Source: Bacillota bacterium (GTDB lineage Bacteria > Bacillota > Dehalobacteriia > UBA4068). From it: a stretch of DNA of 64,000 nucleotides. A program made the translations under genes and the position numbers. Numbering within the stretch: position 1 is the stretch's first letter; every line of letters starts with the position of its first letter. The notes beneath the pieces were generated by a model that saw only the letters and a list, made by a program, of their open reading frames with translations, had not been told where the DNA came from and searched no databases. Where the stretch lies: assembly GCA_031553915.1 (NCBI GenBank), contig JAVBKT010000001.1:18891-82890 (forward strand), given 5' to 3'. Below, piece after piece: positions 37,244-47,882 of the stretch.

Positions 37244-38581
37244 TTAAACAAGACCCTGTGCCAGCATAGCATCAGCAATCTTAATAAAACCACCGATGTT
37301 GGCGCCCTTAACATAATTGATCTTGTTGCCTTCTGTACCATATTTAACACAGGTTTCATGGATAGTAAGCATGATCTGGTCAAGCTTAGCGCCGACTTCT
37401 TCAGCAGTCCAGCTGATTTTGCCAGCGTTTTGGCTCATTTCCAAACCAGAAACAGCAACGCCGCCGGAGTTAGCTGCTTTACCAGGAGCGAAGACAATTG
37501 CATCGACCAGGTAGTTAACAGCTTCAGCAGTGCAGCCCATGTTGGATGTTTCAACAACCATCTTGGTGCCATTGGCAACCAGCTGTTTAGCATCGTCAAT
37601 GTTCAATTCGTTCTGGAAAGCGCACGGGAAGGCGATATCGCATTTGGCAGCCCAAGCTTTTTTGCCAGGGATAAATTCAACGCCTTTGAAATCTTCAGCA
37701 AAAGGAGCAACGATGTTTTTGTTGGTTGCACGCAAAGCGAGCATATAGTCAACGCCTTCAGGAGTCATGCCGTCTTTGATGTAGACATAGCCGTCCGGAC
37801 CAGAGATAGCAACAACTTTAGCACCAAGCTCGGTGAGCTTTTTGCAGCAGCCCCACGCCACATTACCAAAACCGGAAACAGCACAGGTTTTGCCAACAAT
37901 GGTGTCATTTAATTCTGCGAGCATATGTTGGGCAAAGTAAACAGTACCAAAACCGGTTGCTTCCGGACGAACCAGGCTGCCGCCGAATTCGCGGTTTTTA
38001 CCGGTAAGTACGCCGACGAAATGGTTCTGTATTCTCTTGTATTGGCCAAAGAGGAAACCGATTTCACGACCGCCAACGCCAACGTCACCAGCAGGAACGT
38101 CAGTATCAGCGCCGATATGACGATATAATTCAGTCATGAAAGACTGGCAGAAACGCATAACTTCAGCATCAGATTTGCCGGTAGGATCAAAATCAGCTCC
38201 GCCTTTACCGCCGCCCATAGGCAGGGTGGTCAGGCCGTTTTTGAGTGTCTGTTCAAAACCCAAAAATTTCATCATGCTGAGATTAACGGCAGGGTGGAAA
38301 CGCAGGCCGCCTTTATAAGGGCCGATTGCACTGTTAAACTGGACACGGTATCCGCGGTTAATCTGAATTTCGCCCTTGTCATCAACCCAAGGCACACGGA
38401 AAGAAATAGCGCGTTCAGGCTCAACCATACGTTCCATAATTTTTGCATCAACGTATTTGGGGTTAGCATTGAGGAAGCCAGCAAGAGATTCTACGACTTC
38501 GTGTACAGCCTGATGGAATTCGACTTCTTCGGGGTTTTTAGCAACAACTTTGTCCATAAATTGCTTGACATCAAAAGACAT
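37244..38581 (-). CDS. gdhA: NADP-specific glutamate dehydrogenase
   Basis: 445 aa with the GGGKGG motif and a GDH catalytic lysine region. Confidence 0.9.
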   Translation of the reverse strand: MSFDVKQFMDKVVAKNPEEVEFHQAVHEVVESLAGFLNANPKYVDAKIMERMVEPERAISFRVPWVDDKGEIQINRGYRVQFNSAIGPYKGGLRFHPAVNLSMMKFLGFEQTLKNGLTTLPMGGGKGGADFDPTGKSDAEVMRFCQSFMTELYRHIGADTDVPAGDVGVGGREIGFLFGQYKRIQNHFVGVLTGKNREFGGSLVRPEATGFGTVYFAQHMLAELNDTIVGKTCAVSGFGNVAWGCCKKLTELGAKVVAISGPDGYVYIKDGMTPEGVDYMLALRATNKNIVAPFAEDFKGVEFIPGKKAWAAKCDIAFPCAFQNELNIDDAKQLVANGTKMVVETSNMGCTAEAVNYLVDAIVFAPGKAANSGGVAVSGLEMSQNAGKISWTAEEVGAKLDQIMLTIHETCVKYGTEGNKINYVKGANIGGFIKIADAMLAQGLV

Positions 38582-38722
38582 TGTACTACCTCCTAAAATT
38601 TTATCTGTGTTTTACACAGTTATTCGGTATATATACATCACCGTAACCTGCAAAAAGGGCAAAAAAAATTACATCTCTCCCTATTGAAGGTATTAAGGTA
38701 ATCATACAACTTTTGACCTTAA

Positions 38723-38783
38723 AAAACAAGTACTTTTACATAAATAATTATAATAATTTATGATAATTATCCGTACTTGTTTT
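38723..38783 (-). terminator. 11-bp-stem hairpin with 39-nt AT-rich loop followed by T-run, 3' of dnaE
   Basis: aaaacaagtac ... gtacttgtttt. Assignment is low-confidence because of the large loop. Confidence 0.35.
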
Positions 38784-38805
38784 GATGAAAATATTACAAT
38801 ACTAG

Positions 38806-41800
38806 CTAGCGGATAACAACATTATCCTGGCCCAAAGTATCAGCCAATCCTTTAAGTATTTTTTGATCCAATTCCACGCCAAATATATCGGGGAAGGGGC
38901 TGTATAGCTGAGAATCCATATAAAAAACCTCCACCGGCAAATGCCCGGGGCTGCTGGACAAGAGCTCCCTTGTCAAATTTTGCAGCTCATAATCAGTTTT
39001 GCCGGGCAAGCGCAAATAAAGCTTGCATGGGGTAAACACTTCGCTGACCATCAGCTCCAGCTCTGTACCCTCTGCCTTTAATCTACCTTTGGCCAGAACA
39101 GAGTTGCTGTCAATCAGCATTTTTTTGCATTGCTCATAGGCGCGGGGGAAAACAGTACAGCGAATAGTGGCGCGGCTGTTTTCCAGGTGAAAGTTAGCCA
39201 TTTGCACGCCGGTTTTGGTATAGCGGTGATTAACCATGCTGATGAGACCCGCGGTAATGATCTCACTTTTATCGCTTAATCCGCCCAGTTTATCTATGCT
39301 ACAGCTGATTTTGCGGCTGACATAAGGCTCATATGCATCGAAGGGATGACCGCTGACATAAAATCCCAGGGTCTCTTTCTCCATATCCAATAATTCTTTT
39401 TTGGAAAATTCTTTGATATGCGCAATGGTGATTTCCGGCTTATTGATTTCCGCGTCAAAGCCAAAGTCAAACAAAGACACCTGGTCTGTATCTTTGTTGG
39501 CGGCCATGCGTTTCGACATATCCAAAACCGTATCCATGGCTGCCAGCATGGAGGCTCTGTTATAGCCCATAGAATCCAGTGCGCCGCAGCGAATAAGGTT
39601 TTCCAACATTTTACGGTTCAGCGAAACCCTTTCGCACAGATCCGCTAATGAGGCATAATTACCATTAGCATCCCGCTCCGCTACTATTTGGCGGACAGCT
39701 TCCCGGCCGACATTTTTAACCGCAGCCAGAGCATAACAAATTTTGCCGTCTACAACATTAAACTTTTCATTGCTATCGTTGATATTAGGCGGCAAAATAT
39801 CAATGCCCATCTCCCGGCTATGTTCAATATATTTAGCGAGCTTATCGGTATCATTCATTACCGAGGTCATCATCGCTGCCATAAACTCCGGGCGATAGTG
39901 ACATTTCAACCACGCTGTTTGATAAGAAACCATGGCATAGGCTGCGCTATGACTTTTATTAAAGCCGTATCCGCCAAAATATTGCAGCAACTGGAAAATT
40001 TCTATGGCAATTCTTTTATCAACGCCGTGCTCGACACATCCGGCGACAAACTCATCTTTAGCCGCCTCGATGATAGAAGGTTTTTTCTTGCCCATGGCAC
40101 GGCGCAGCATATCCGCTTTGCCGAGAGAAAACCCGCCTAAAGCCTGGGTAATCTGCATCACCTGCTCCTGATAAAGAATCACCCCGTAGGTTTCTTTGAG
40201 AATATCCTCCAGCAGAGGGTGCATGAATTTTACTTTTTTGGTGCCATGCTTGCCGGCAATATAATCATCCACCATGCCGCTGCCCAGCGGGCCTGGCCGG
40301 TACAGCGCGACCAAAGCAATGATATCCTCAAAACGCTCCGGCTTCAAATTGCGCATAATTTTGCGCATACCTTCACTTTCCAGCTGAAACACTGCCACCG
40401 CATCGCCGGTGCTGAGCATATCATAGGTAGCCTGGTCGTCAAGGGCAATTTTGCTGATATCAATATCAATATTATGGCTATTTTTGATATTTTCCAGCGT
40501 ATCGTCAATCAAAGAAAGAGTGCGCAAGCCCAGCAAGTCTATTTTGACCAAGCCGCAAGCTTCGACCTGCTCTTTGGCATATTGGGTAGTGATAGAGCCA
40601 TCCTTGCTGTCTTTTTGCACCGGCATATAGGAAATAAGCTCATTTTGCGCAATGGCAACGCCAGCCGCGTGTTTGCCGCAATGCGAGGGCATTCCCTGGA
40701 TTCTGTCAGCAATTTCCAGCAGTTCTCTGGCTTGGGCATCGTTCTGATACAGCTCTTTAAATTCCGGGCTGGCATCAATGGCATCTTTAATCGTTTTGAT
40801 GCGCAGATCATCCGGCATCAGCTTGACAATGCGGTCAACATCAGCATAAGGCCAATCCAGAACCCGGCCCACCGCGCGGACAGCTCCTTTGACCAGCAAA
40901 AAGTTGAAGGTTACAATTTGCGAAACATGGTCCTCTCCATATTTATGCACCAAATAATCAACAACCTCGCCACGGCGCACATCGGAAATATCCGTATCTA
41001 TATCCGGAGGAGAAACGCGCTCCGGGTTCAAAAAGCGCTCAAAGAGCAAATCATACTGCAAAGGCTCAATATCGGTAATCCCCAGGCAATAGGCAACAAT
41101 ACTGCCGGCCGCAGAACCTCGTCCCGGGCCGACAGATATCCCCTGCTGCCGGGCATAGTTGATCATATCCCACACGATTAAAAAATAGCCGGGGAAATCC
41201 ATCTTATTAATAACATCCAGCTCATAGTCAAGGCGCTCTTTGATCTGCGGAGTTATTTCCGCATATTTTTGCCGCAAACCTTGTTCGCATAGATGCCGCA
41301 AATAGCTGGTAAGATTATACCCCTCCGGCACTTCGTAATCAGGCATAAACAATTTATCAAACTCAAAATCAACATTGCATTTCTCAGCAACCTTGGTGGT
41401 GTTCGCCAGAGCTTCCGGCCATTTGGGGAAGAGGGCAATCATTTCCGCTTCTGTTTTGAGATAGAACTGGTCATTGGGGAAACGCATCCTGTTTTCATCA
41501 CTTCTGATTTTGCCGGTTTGGATACACAAGAGAATATCATGCATTTCCGCATCTGTCTGATTGACATAATGCAAGTCATTGGTGGCCACCAGCTCAATAT
41601 CCAGCTCTTGGCTAAGCTCAACCAAAACCGGGTTAACGCGCAATTCCTCAGATAGACCGTGATTTTGCAGCTCCAGATAATAATCATCACCAAAAATGCT
41701 TTTATATTCGGCAGCCATTTTTCTGGCGCCATCCATATCCCCTGCCAAAATCAGCTCCGGCAGCTCTCCGGCAATACAGGCGGAAAGGCAAATCAACCCT

Positions 41801-42183
41801 TCGGAATATTTTTTCAACAATTCATGGTCAATACGCGGTTTATAATAAAAACCTTCGAGAAATCCCAGAGATACCAGCTTGCAGAGATTAATATAGCCTG
41901 TTTGATTTTTGGCCAGCAGCACTAAATGGCAGGCGGTATCTCCTTTGCGTCCAGAGCGGGAAAAACGGTCATTGCAAACATAAACCTCGCAGCCGATAAT
42001 CGGCTTGATGCCCTCTTGTTTGCATTTTTGATAAAAGCTGATTGCGCCATACATCACGCCATGATCAGTGATGGCGATAGCATCCATACCATAAGAAACA
42101 GCCCGTTCCACAAGATCATTAATCCGGGCTGCACCATCCAGCAAGCTATATTCACTATGATTATGTAAATGAACAAATGCCAT
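38806..42183 (-). CDS. dnaE: DNA polymerase III alpha subunit (DnaE-type with N-terminal PHP domain); start trimmed to MAFVHLHNHSEYS
   Basis: The PHP motif HLHNHSEYSLLDG and the polIII alpha catalytic core are present. Length is about 1125 aa. Confidence 0.9.
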   Translation of the reverse strand: MAFVHLHNHSEYSLLDGAARINDLVERAVSYGMDAIAITDHGVMYGAISFYQKCKQEGIKPIIGCEVYVCNDRFSRSGRKGDTACHLVLLAKNQTGYINLCKLVSLGFLEGFYYKPRIDHELLKKYSEGLICLSACIAGELPELILAGDMDGARKMAAEYKSIFGDDYYLELQNHGLSEELRVNPVLVELSQELDIELVATNDLHYVNQTDAEMHDILLCIQTGKIRSDENRMRFPNDQFYLKTEAEMIALFPKWPEALANTTKVAEKCNVDFEFDKLFMPDYEVPEGYNLTSYLRHLCEQGLRQKYAEITPQIKERLDYELDVINKMDFPGYFLIVWDMINYARQQGISVGPGRGSAAGSIVAYCLGITDIEPLQYDLLFERFLNPERVSPPDIDTDISDVRRGEVVDYLVHKYGEDHVSQIVTFNFLLVKGAVRAVGRVLDWPYADVDRIVKLMPDDLRIKTIKDAIDASPEFKELYQNDAQARELLEIADRIQGMPSHCGKHAAGVAIAQNELISYMPVQKDSKDGSITTQYAKEQVEACGLVKIDLLGLRTLSLIDDTLENIKNSHNIDIDISKIALDDQATYDMLSTGDAVAVFQLESEGMRKIMRNLKPERFEDIIALVALYRPGPLGSGMVDDYIAGKHGTKKVKFMHPLLEDILKETYGVILYQEQVMQITQALGGFSLGKADMLRRAMGKKKPSIIEAAKDEFVAGCVEHGVDKRIAIEIFQLLQYFGGYGFNKSHSAAYAMVSYQTAWLKCHYRPEFMAAMMTSVMNDTDKLAKYIEHSREMGIDILPPNINDSNEKFNVVDGKICYALAAVKNVGREAVRQIVAERDANGNYASLADLCERVSLNRKMLENLIRCGALDSMGYNRASMLAAMDTVLDMSKRMAANKDTDQVSLFDFGFDAEINKPEITIAHIKEFSKKELLDMEKETLGFYVSGHPFDAYEPYVSRKISCSIDKLGGLSDKSEIITAGLISMVNHRYTKTGVQMANFHLENSRATIRCTVFPRAYEQCKKMLIDSNSVLAKGRLKAEGTELELMVSEVFTPCKLYLRLPGKTDYELQNLTRELLSSSPGHLPVEVFYMDSQLYSPFPDIFGVELDQKILKGLADTLGQDNVVIR

Positions 42184-42208
42184 TTTTCTCTCCCGGGCAA
42201 AGCAAAAT

Positions 42209-42916
42209 TTATTTAGCCGCCAGCAGCCCTTTTTCGGCAAAACTGTAATACTCGTCTCCACTCACGATAATGTGGTCAACCACATCAATAGACATTTCCG
42301 CCAAGAGGGCCTTGATTTTTTGGGTCAATTTCAAATCATCCCCGGACGGCTGCAAGCGGCCGCCAGGATGATTATGCGCCAAAACCACATACCTGGCCTT
42401 ATGCAGCAGGGCTGTCTCTACTGCAATTCTTGGATATATTAAAACCTCTGATATGCTGCCCTTGTTGAGCAGTACAGCCTTGATGATTCTCCACTGGCTG
42501 CTCAGACAAATCATATAGAACTCTTCGTAGTTTTTACCGATAAAGATGCTTTTCACATAGGCCACTGTCTGCGGCAAATCAAGCAAGGTCCGTTTTTCTC
42601 CGGTAAAATCCTGCATATAGCGGCGAAAGAACCCCGGCATCAATGCCAGCAAAGAGGCAGTATGGGCGCCAATACCCTTCACTTCCAGAAGGCTGTTATA
42701 GTCAGCATTAAACACTGCTGAAAGCGAACCGAACTTGTCTATCAAGGCATGGGCAAGCTCATTGGTATCTTTTTGCGGCAAGACATAGAACAACAGTAAT
42801 TCCAAAACCTGGTAGGAGGACATGCCTTCCAGGTCGTTAGAAAGCGCCTCCTCTTTCAGGCGGTTGCGGTGACCATGATGGGAATGTCGCGGCGGCTGCT
42901 TTAGCTCTGACACCAA
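42209..42916 (-). CDS. radC: RadC-like JAB/MPN domain protein
   Basis: HhH N-terminal region plus the JAMM motif HNHPGG. Confidence 0.8.
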   Translation of the reverse strand: MVSELKQPPRHSHHGHRNRLKEEALSNDLEGMSSYQVLELLLFYVLPQKDTNELAHALIDKFGSLSAVFNADYNSLLEVKGIGAHTASLLALMPGFFRRYMQDFTGEKRTLLDLPQTVAYVKSIFIGKNYEEFYMICLSSQWRIIKAVLLNKGSISEVLIYPRIAVETALLHKARYVVLAHNHPGGRLQPSGDDLKLTQKIKALLAEMSIDVVDHIIVSGDEYYSFAEKGLLAAK

Positions 42917-43842
42917 CTGCCTCCTCCAAAATGAGAAGTAACCACTTCTTGCAAAGCCTCTTCATCTATTTGCCAGTAACTAATACCATTTTTTGTCATA
43001 AAATCGCCGCTCAAAGTAATACTGGAGAGATCCTCTCCTGAGAGAGAGCGGAAGAAAAACGCCAAGTGCAACATATCTGTAAAAGGTAAATCTGTTTCCA
43101 CCGCGCGGTTCACTGCCGGCAAGATTTGCGGCAATTTGCTGATGCCGCTGTTCTCGCTAAACTCAGTAAAAATGGCTTTGAGCAGCAATTGCTGACGTGA
43201 AACCCGGGTGATATCGCCCATAGCATCAGAGCGGTAACGCACATATTGCAGAGCCTGTTCTCCGTTTAGCCGTTGCTGGCCTGCTTCAATATCAATCAAG
43301 TCATCATAGGTTTGGTAATACATCCTCTTATCAACATCGATCTCTACTCCACCCAGAGCATCAATGATGTCTTCGAAACCGGAAAAATCAACTACCGCAT
43401 AATAATCAATGGGAATGCCGAATAGATTTTCTACGGTATCGCTCAATAAATCAATGCCGCCATAAGCATAGGCATGGTTAATTTTATCCTCACCATAGCC
43501 TTCAATCGGCACATATGAATCACGCGGCACCGAAACCAAAAAGACCTGCTTTTGCACAACATCAACCGCAGCTACAATAATTGTATCCGCACGGCTGGAA
43601 TCGCTAACCGCCTCGTTTTTATCAGAACCAACCAAAAGAAAATAGAGCTTGTCCGAGTCCGCTGTCAGTCCGGCGGCCAGCGCGTCATCACGGGAGGGTA
43701 CCAAAGCGGCAGGGCTGCTCAGCCAGACAAAGCCAATCACAATGGCTGCCACAATCAAACAGGCAGCCAACAATAGCGGGAGGCATCCCCTTTTTTTCTT
43801 TTTTATCTCTTTAGCTTTTTTGCTATCTTTTTCGGCTACCAA
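42901..43842 (-). CDS. LytR-CpsA-Psr (LCP) family phosphotransferase
   Basis: N-terminal TM anchor plus an LCP domain (LLVGSD...VSVPRDS). Confidence 0.8.
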   Translation of the reverse strand: MVAEKDSKKAKEIKKKKRGCLPLLLAACLIVAAIVIGFVWLSSPAALVPSRDDALAAGLTADSDKLYFLLVGSDKNEAVSDSSRADTIIVAAVDVVQKQVFLVSVPRDSYVPIEGYGEDKINHAYAYGGIDLLSDTVENLFGIPIDYYAVVDFSGFEDIIDALGGVEIDVDKRMYYQTYDDLIDIEAGQQRLNGEQALQYVRYRSDAMGDITRVSRQQLLLKAIFTEFSENSGISKLPQILPAVNRAVETDLPFTDMLHLAFFFRSLSGEDLSSITLSGDFMTKNGISYWQIDEEALQEVVTSHFGGGSWCQS

Positions 43843-43943
43843 GACAATCTCCTAAATAGGTTATTATTTCTGCTAATTATACCATATTTAGTGTTTGCCG
43901 TCCAGAAAAATCGAACATTTGCTAATTACTCTGCTGCTGATGT

Positions 43944-44725
43944 TTAAAAAAAACGGTCAACAGTCATCCATGTCAGTAAAAAGAGAATCTCTGCCCAGGC
44001 ACAGGCAGCGCCATAACAAGGGTCATCCAAGCCGCCGGCATTTCTTTGCCGATATGTAGCAAAAATCAGTATTCCCAGCACTGAAATTAAAATAGACAAA
44101 TACAGCGCCGGCCGGCTAAACGGCACAAGTATTGCCATCGTAATAATTGTCGCAACGATAAAATCCTTGCGGGAAAAATTGCGGTGCAGCCAGGCCGGCG
44201 GAACAGCATAAAAATAATAGATCAGCCAGCACATCAGCCAGCGGCAAAGCACTGGCGCAGTAAAAAAAACAAAATTACTGATATTGGCATCATAAAAATA
44301 CCACAAATAAAGGAAGTATAATGCCAGCAACCAGACTAGCCCCCACACCAACCCGGCGCGTCCGGCATTAAAACGCCACGATTTCTCTTTAAGCTCTTTT
44401 TCATTCAAAGGGTTCAGTTTAATTTCTTCGGCTGCTTTTTGCGGCGGATAAAGAGGATTGACTGCCAGGCCATCGGCTACGGTAATGAGAGAGCGCAGCA
44501 ATATGGCGCCGCCAAAAAAAAGGTTAAGCCCCAAAAGAGCGGCGGCTGCGCCGATATTGGGCATGATGTCCAGCAATCTTGAGGCCAAATAGAGCAGCGC
44601 GCCGACCAAAAGGCCAAGCAAAGGCAAAAAACGAACAGCCTTGGGTAAGGACTCTTCGCCAGCCTGCCATTTTTTCGGCACATAAATATAGGTGAATTTG
44701 TTCAGCAAAAGAAAAAACTGTTTCA
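43944..44725 (-). CDS. polytopic membrane protein, unknown function; translationally coupled to upstream coiled-coil ORF (start MKQFF 4 nt after its stop)
   Basis: About 7 TM helices and rich in Trp/Tyr/Leu. Confidence 0.5.
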
Positions 44726-44730
44726 TGCTA

Positions 44731-44967
44731 TTATTTTTCCCTAACCGATGACTCTGTACGCAGCTGCCATAGCTCTTTGGCATAAAGAGAAACCTGCTTA
44801 TTCAGCCTGCGGTTCTCTTTTGTCAGGCGGTCTTGCTCCATCTTGTTGCTCAGCTGAGATTGCTCCAGCAAAGTCATCATAATCCGCCTGCTCATCCGGA
44901 GCCCGGTAATGTCTTCTTCCAAACGTCTGATCTTATCCTGATAAAGCACTTCGATATCTTTTTCCAT
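44731..44967 (-). CDS. 78-aa coiled-coil protein, unknown function
   Basis: AAGGAGGG RBS. Has a heptad-repeat sequence. Its SD and AUG are embedded in a 10-bp hairpin. Confidence 0.5.
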   Translation of the reverse strand: MEKDIEVLYQDKIRRLEEDITGLRMSRRIMMTLLEQSQLSNKMEQDRLTKENRRLNKQVSLYAKELWQLRTESSVREK

Positions 44968-45027
44968 ACTATCCCTCCTTACGGGATAGTATATGAAATA
45001 ATTGCCGATATTATCATCGCTCTTTGA

Positions 45028-45882
45028 CTATTCGCCCTCAACTCCGCTTTTATGTAAAATCTCTTCCCTTTTCTCCGCCAAACGCGCCAATTGTTTAATC
45101 GTGGTAATGCGGCAGCCAATCTCACGGAAGCCCCGCATATGAAAATCCGACCCGCCGGTGGCAGCTAAACGGTATTTTTGAGTGATTTGTAAATATTTAC
45201 GGGTAGCGGCATAATTGTGATCCGGGTGATATACCTCTATACCGCCCAGGCCTGCCCTGACCAGAGCAGGAATCAACTGATCGGGAACGCCCTTGCCAGG
45301 ATGAGCTAAAACAGGGACGCCTTTGGCGCGGTGAATTATCTCCATGGCCTGCACCGGCTCTAGCTTCAGCCGCGGCACAAAGCCCGGCAAGCCACGCCCC
45401 AGCCATTTATTGAAAGCATCTTTAATGCTTGAGCAGAACCCTGCCTCAACCATCGCCTTGGCAATATGCGGCCTGCCGAGAGACCCGCAATTACCCGCCT
45501 GGGCAATAATCTGCTCCGCATCCAAAGACATACCCAAACGCGCCAAACGGGCGACTATTTCATAACAACGCTGATAGCGTGCTGCCTGCATGGCCTTAAG
45601 ATCAGTATCTGCTAAAACAATATCCATATCCAGCCAATAGCCAAGAAGATGCACATCTCTTTCGTTAACTTCCGCCGAAAGCTCAATACCGGGTATAAAG
45701 GGGAAATCCACCGCCATTGCCGCCTGCGCTGCTTCCTTCAAGCCATCGGCCGTATCATGATCAGTAATGGCCAGGCCCAGCACACCCTGCTCTTTGGCCA
45801 TATGCACTAAAGCAGCCGGGGCTTCCGCCCCGTCTGACGCTGTAGAATGAATATGAATATCAAAGCCCGCCATCGCTGTCAT
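45028..45882 (-). CDS. PHP-family metal-dependent phosphoesterase (TrpH/YcdX-like)
   Basis: HIHSTASDG and ITDHDT motifs. Confidence 0.75.
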   Translation of the reverse strand: MTAMAGFDIHIHSTASDGAEAPAALVHMAKEQGVLGLAITDHDTADGLKEAAQAAMAVDFPFIPGIELSAEVNERDVHLLGYWLDMDIVLADTDLKAMQAARYQRCYEIVARLARLGMSLDAEQIIAQAGNCGSLGRPHIAKAMVEAGFCSSIKDAFNKWLGRGLPGFVPRLKLEPVQAMEIIHRAKGVPVLAHPGKGVPDQLIPALVRAGLGGIEVYHPDHNYAATRKYLQITQKYRLAATGGSDFHMRGFREIGCRITTIKQLARLAEKREEILHKSGVEGE

Positions 45883-46009
45883 CCTTTTGCCAACTAATAG
45901 AGTTTTTCAGCCAACAAAACTATTTTTCAGCATTCTCACTGCTGCTTACTTGCTCATCTGTTTTAGTGAAGGCTCCGCCTTCATCACCGGCCACTCAGCC
46001 TTTAGGGGT

Positions 46010-46942
46010 TCAGGCAATTTTAATCAGCGGGTGGTCAGGCAATACTTCTGTTAACAAAGCCTTTACGCTATCTCCCATGACATTGTCCAGATCCCTGTCA
46101 CTCATTCCCCGCAAAGACAACTGCTGATAGAGACGAGGCAAATGCTCAACCCCGGCCAAATCATCATGCGGCTCGCAGCCGTCAAAATCGCTGCCGATGG
46201 CCACATGGCTGCTGCCAAGCAAGGCTACTGCATATTCAATATGTTCGCAGACGCGCGACAAATCTCCTGCACTGCCGAGGAAATCAGGGACAAAGTTAAT
46301 GCCCATCACCCCGTCTTTGGCTGCCAAAGCCTTCATCTGTTGATCATCAAGATTGCGGCAATGGTCATGCAGGGCATTGCAGCAGGTATGGGATACGATC
46401 AGCGGCCTTTCGCTATGTTCTATCAGCTGCCAAAAACTTTTTCTGTTGAGATGCGCGCCGTCCAGCAAAATCCCTTTGGCTTTGCATTTTTCGATCAGAT
46501 TATAGCCAGCCTCGCTAAACTCCCCGTCAGAAAAAGCGCCGCCGGCATAGCTATTGGCCTGGTTCCAGGTGGGGCCGATCAAACGCAGCCCTGCTTCATA
46601 ATACTCATCAAGGAATTCACTGTCTTTTCCCAGGGCAGCGGCACCCTCCATCGCCAAAAGCACCCGTTTTTGCCTGCCAATACGCTCCATTTGCTTTTTA
46701 TAGCGCAGCGGGCGCACCAGGTCTTTATGCGCATCAAGATCCTCATTCAGCAAACGCAAAATATGGCGGAAAAAATCCGGGCTATCGACCGGATGCTCCG
46801 CTTGATTGACAAAAATGGCCAGAAAAGCAATATCCAAATACTGAGCCAGGCGCTGATAATCAAGATGCGCGGCAGGCAACTGCCATAGGCTTTTTTCTTC
46901 AAGCAAAAACAAAGCTGTATCAGCGTGGCAATCTATACGCAT
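46010..46942 (-). CDS. membrane dipeptidase (peptidase M19 family)
   Basis: 310 aa with the M19 signature pattern (HxD ... GxDFDG). Confidence 0.75.
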   Translation of the reverse strand: MRIDCHADTALFLLEEKSLWQLPAAHLDYQRLAQYLDIAFLAIFVNQAEHPVDSPDFFRHILRLLNEDLDAHKDLVRPLRYKKQMERIGRQKRVLLAMEGAAALGKDSEFLDEYYEAGLRLIGPTWNQANSYAGGAFSDGEFSEAGYNLIEKCKAKGILLDGAHLNRKSFWQLIEHSERPLIVSHTCCNALHDHCRNLDDQQMKALAAKDGVMGINFVPDFLGSAGDLSRVCEHIEYAVALLGSSHVAIGSDFDGCEPHDDLAGVEHLPRLYQQLSLRGMSDRDLDNVMGDSVKALLTEVLPDHPLIKIA

Positions 46943-47000
46943 ATGCTCTCCTCATCTACAATATCTACAATATCTACAGTATCGGCAATATCTCTAATAT

Positions 47001-47783
47001 CTATAATGACGGTTGCCAAAAATTAATCAGCTCAAGGTCTTGGCAGTGATTATCTTCATCAATATCAAAAATGATTGCGTTGAATTGCAAATCTCCGTTA
47101 GCTACTTCAAAACGGGGGCTGACTCCGGTCAAAAAGCGCTCAATAATTATCTCTTTTTCTACGCCCAGCACTGAATCACGCGGACCGGTCATGCCCGCGT
47201 CAGTAAGATACCCTGTTCCCCTCGGCAGAATTCGCGCGTCATTGGTTTGTACATGGGTATGCGTGCCCACAACCGCAGTCACCCGGCCATCGAGATAATT
47301 GGCCAAGGCAATCTTTTCTGAGGTTGCCTCCGCATGAATATCAACAAAAATTATGGCATCTTTGGTCGAATGCTCTTTAAGCAAGGCATCCATAGTGCGA
47401 AAAGGGCAATCAAAAGGAGTCATAAAAATGCGGCCGATAACATTGATGATAACCAGCCTTTTACCGGCTACAGCAAACTCGCGGTAGCCTACCCCCGGCA
47501 GACCAGGCGGATAATTGGCCGGACGCACCAGACGCGTCTCTTGATCGATAAAACGGTAAATCTCTTTATTGTCCCAAGTATGATTGCCCATAGTAAAGCA
47601 ATCAATGCCACAGTCTATCAGCTCTTGATAATTACGCTGATTAAGGCCAAAGCCGGAAGAACAATTCTCACCGTTGGCAACAGTAAAATCAATATTTTTC
47701 TCGGCAATAATTTTGCCAAGATGCTCATAGACCATCTTACGCCCGGGAGCGCCAACAATATCTCCCACAAAAAGGATACGCAT
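47001..47783 (-). CDS. ymdB: YmdB-family metallophosphoesterase (2',3'-cNMP phosphodiesterase, TIGR00282)
   Basis: The N-terminus MRILFVGDIVG and the conserved location downstream of rny both fit. Confidence 0.8.
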   Translation of the reverse strand: MRILFVGDIVGAPGRKMVYEHLGKIIAEKNIDFTVANGENCSSGFGLNQRNYQELIDCGIDCFTMGNHTWDNKEIYRFIDQETRLVRPANYPPGLPGVGYREFAVAGKRLVIINVIGRIFMTPFDCPFRTMDALLKEHSTKDAIIFVDIHAEATSEKIALANYLDGRVTAVVGTHTHVQTNDARILPRGTGYLTDAGMTGPRDSVLGVEKEIIIERFLTGVSPRFEVANGDLQFNAIIFDIDEDNHCQDLELINFWQPSL

Positions 47784-47882
47784 ATTATTCCTCCAGCCTA
47801 GTTAAATAAACAAGAAAAGGCTGCCTTAGCAAGCGTTCACAGAGAAATGATCGCCAAAAGCAGCCCTTTACTGAAAGTCTAG

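Noticed and set aside
40219-41181. 320-aa plus-strand ORF
   Set aside because: It lies antisense inside dnaE. It is a shadow ORF.
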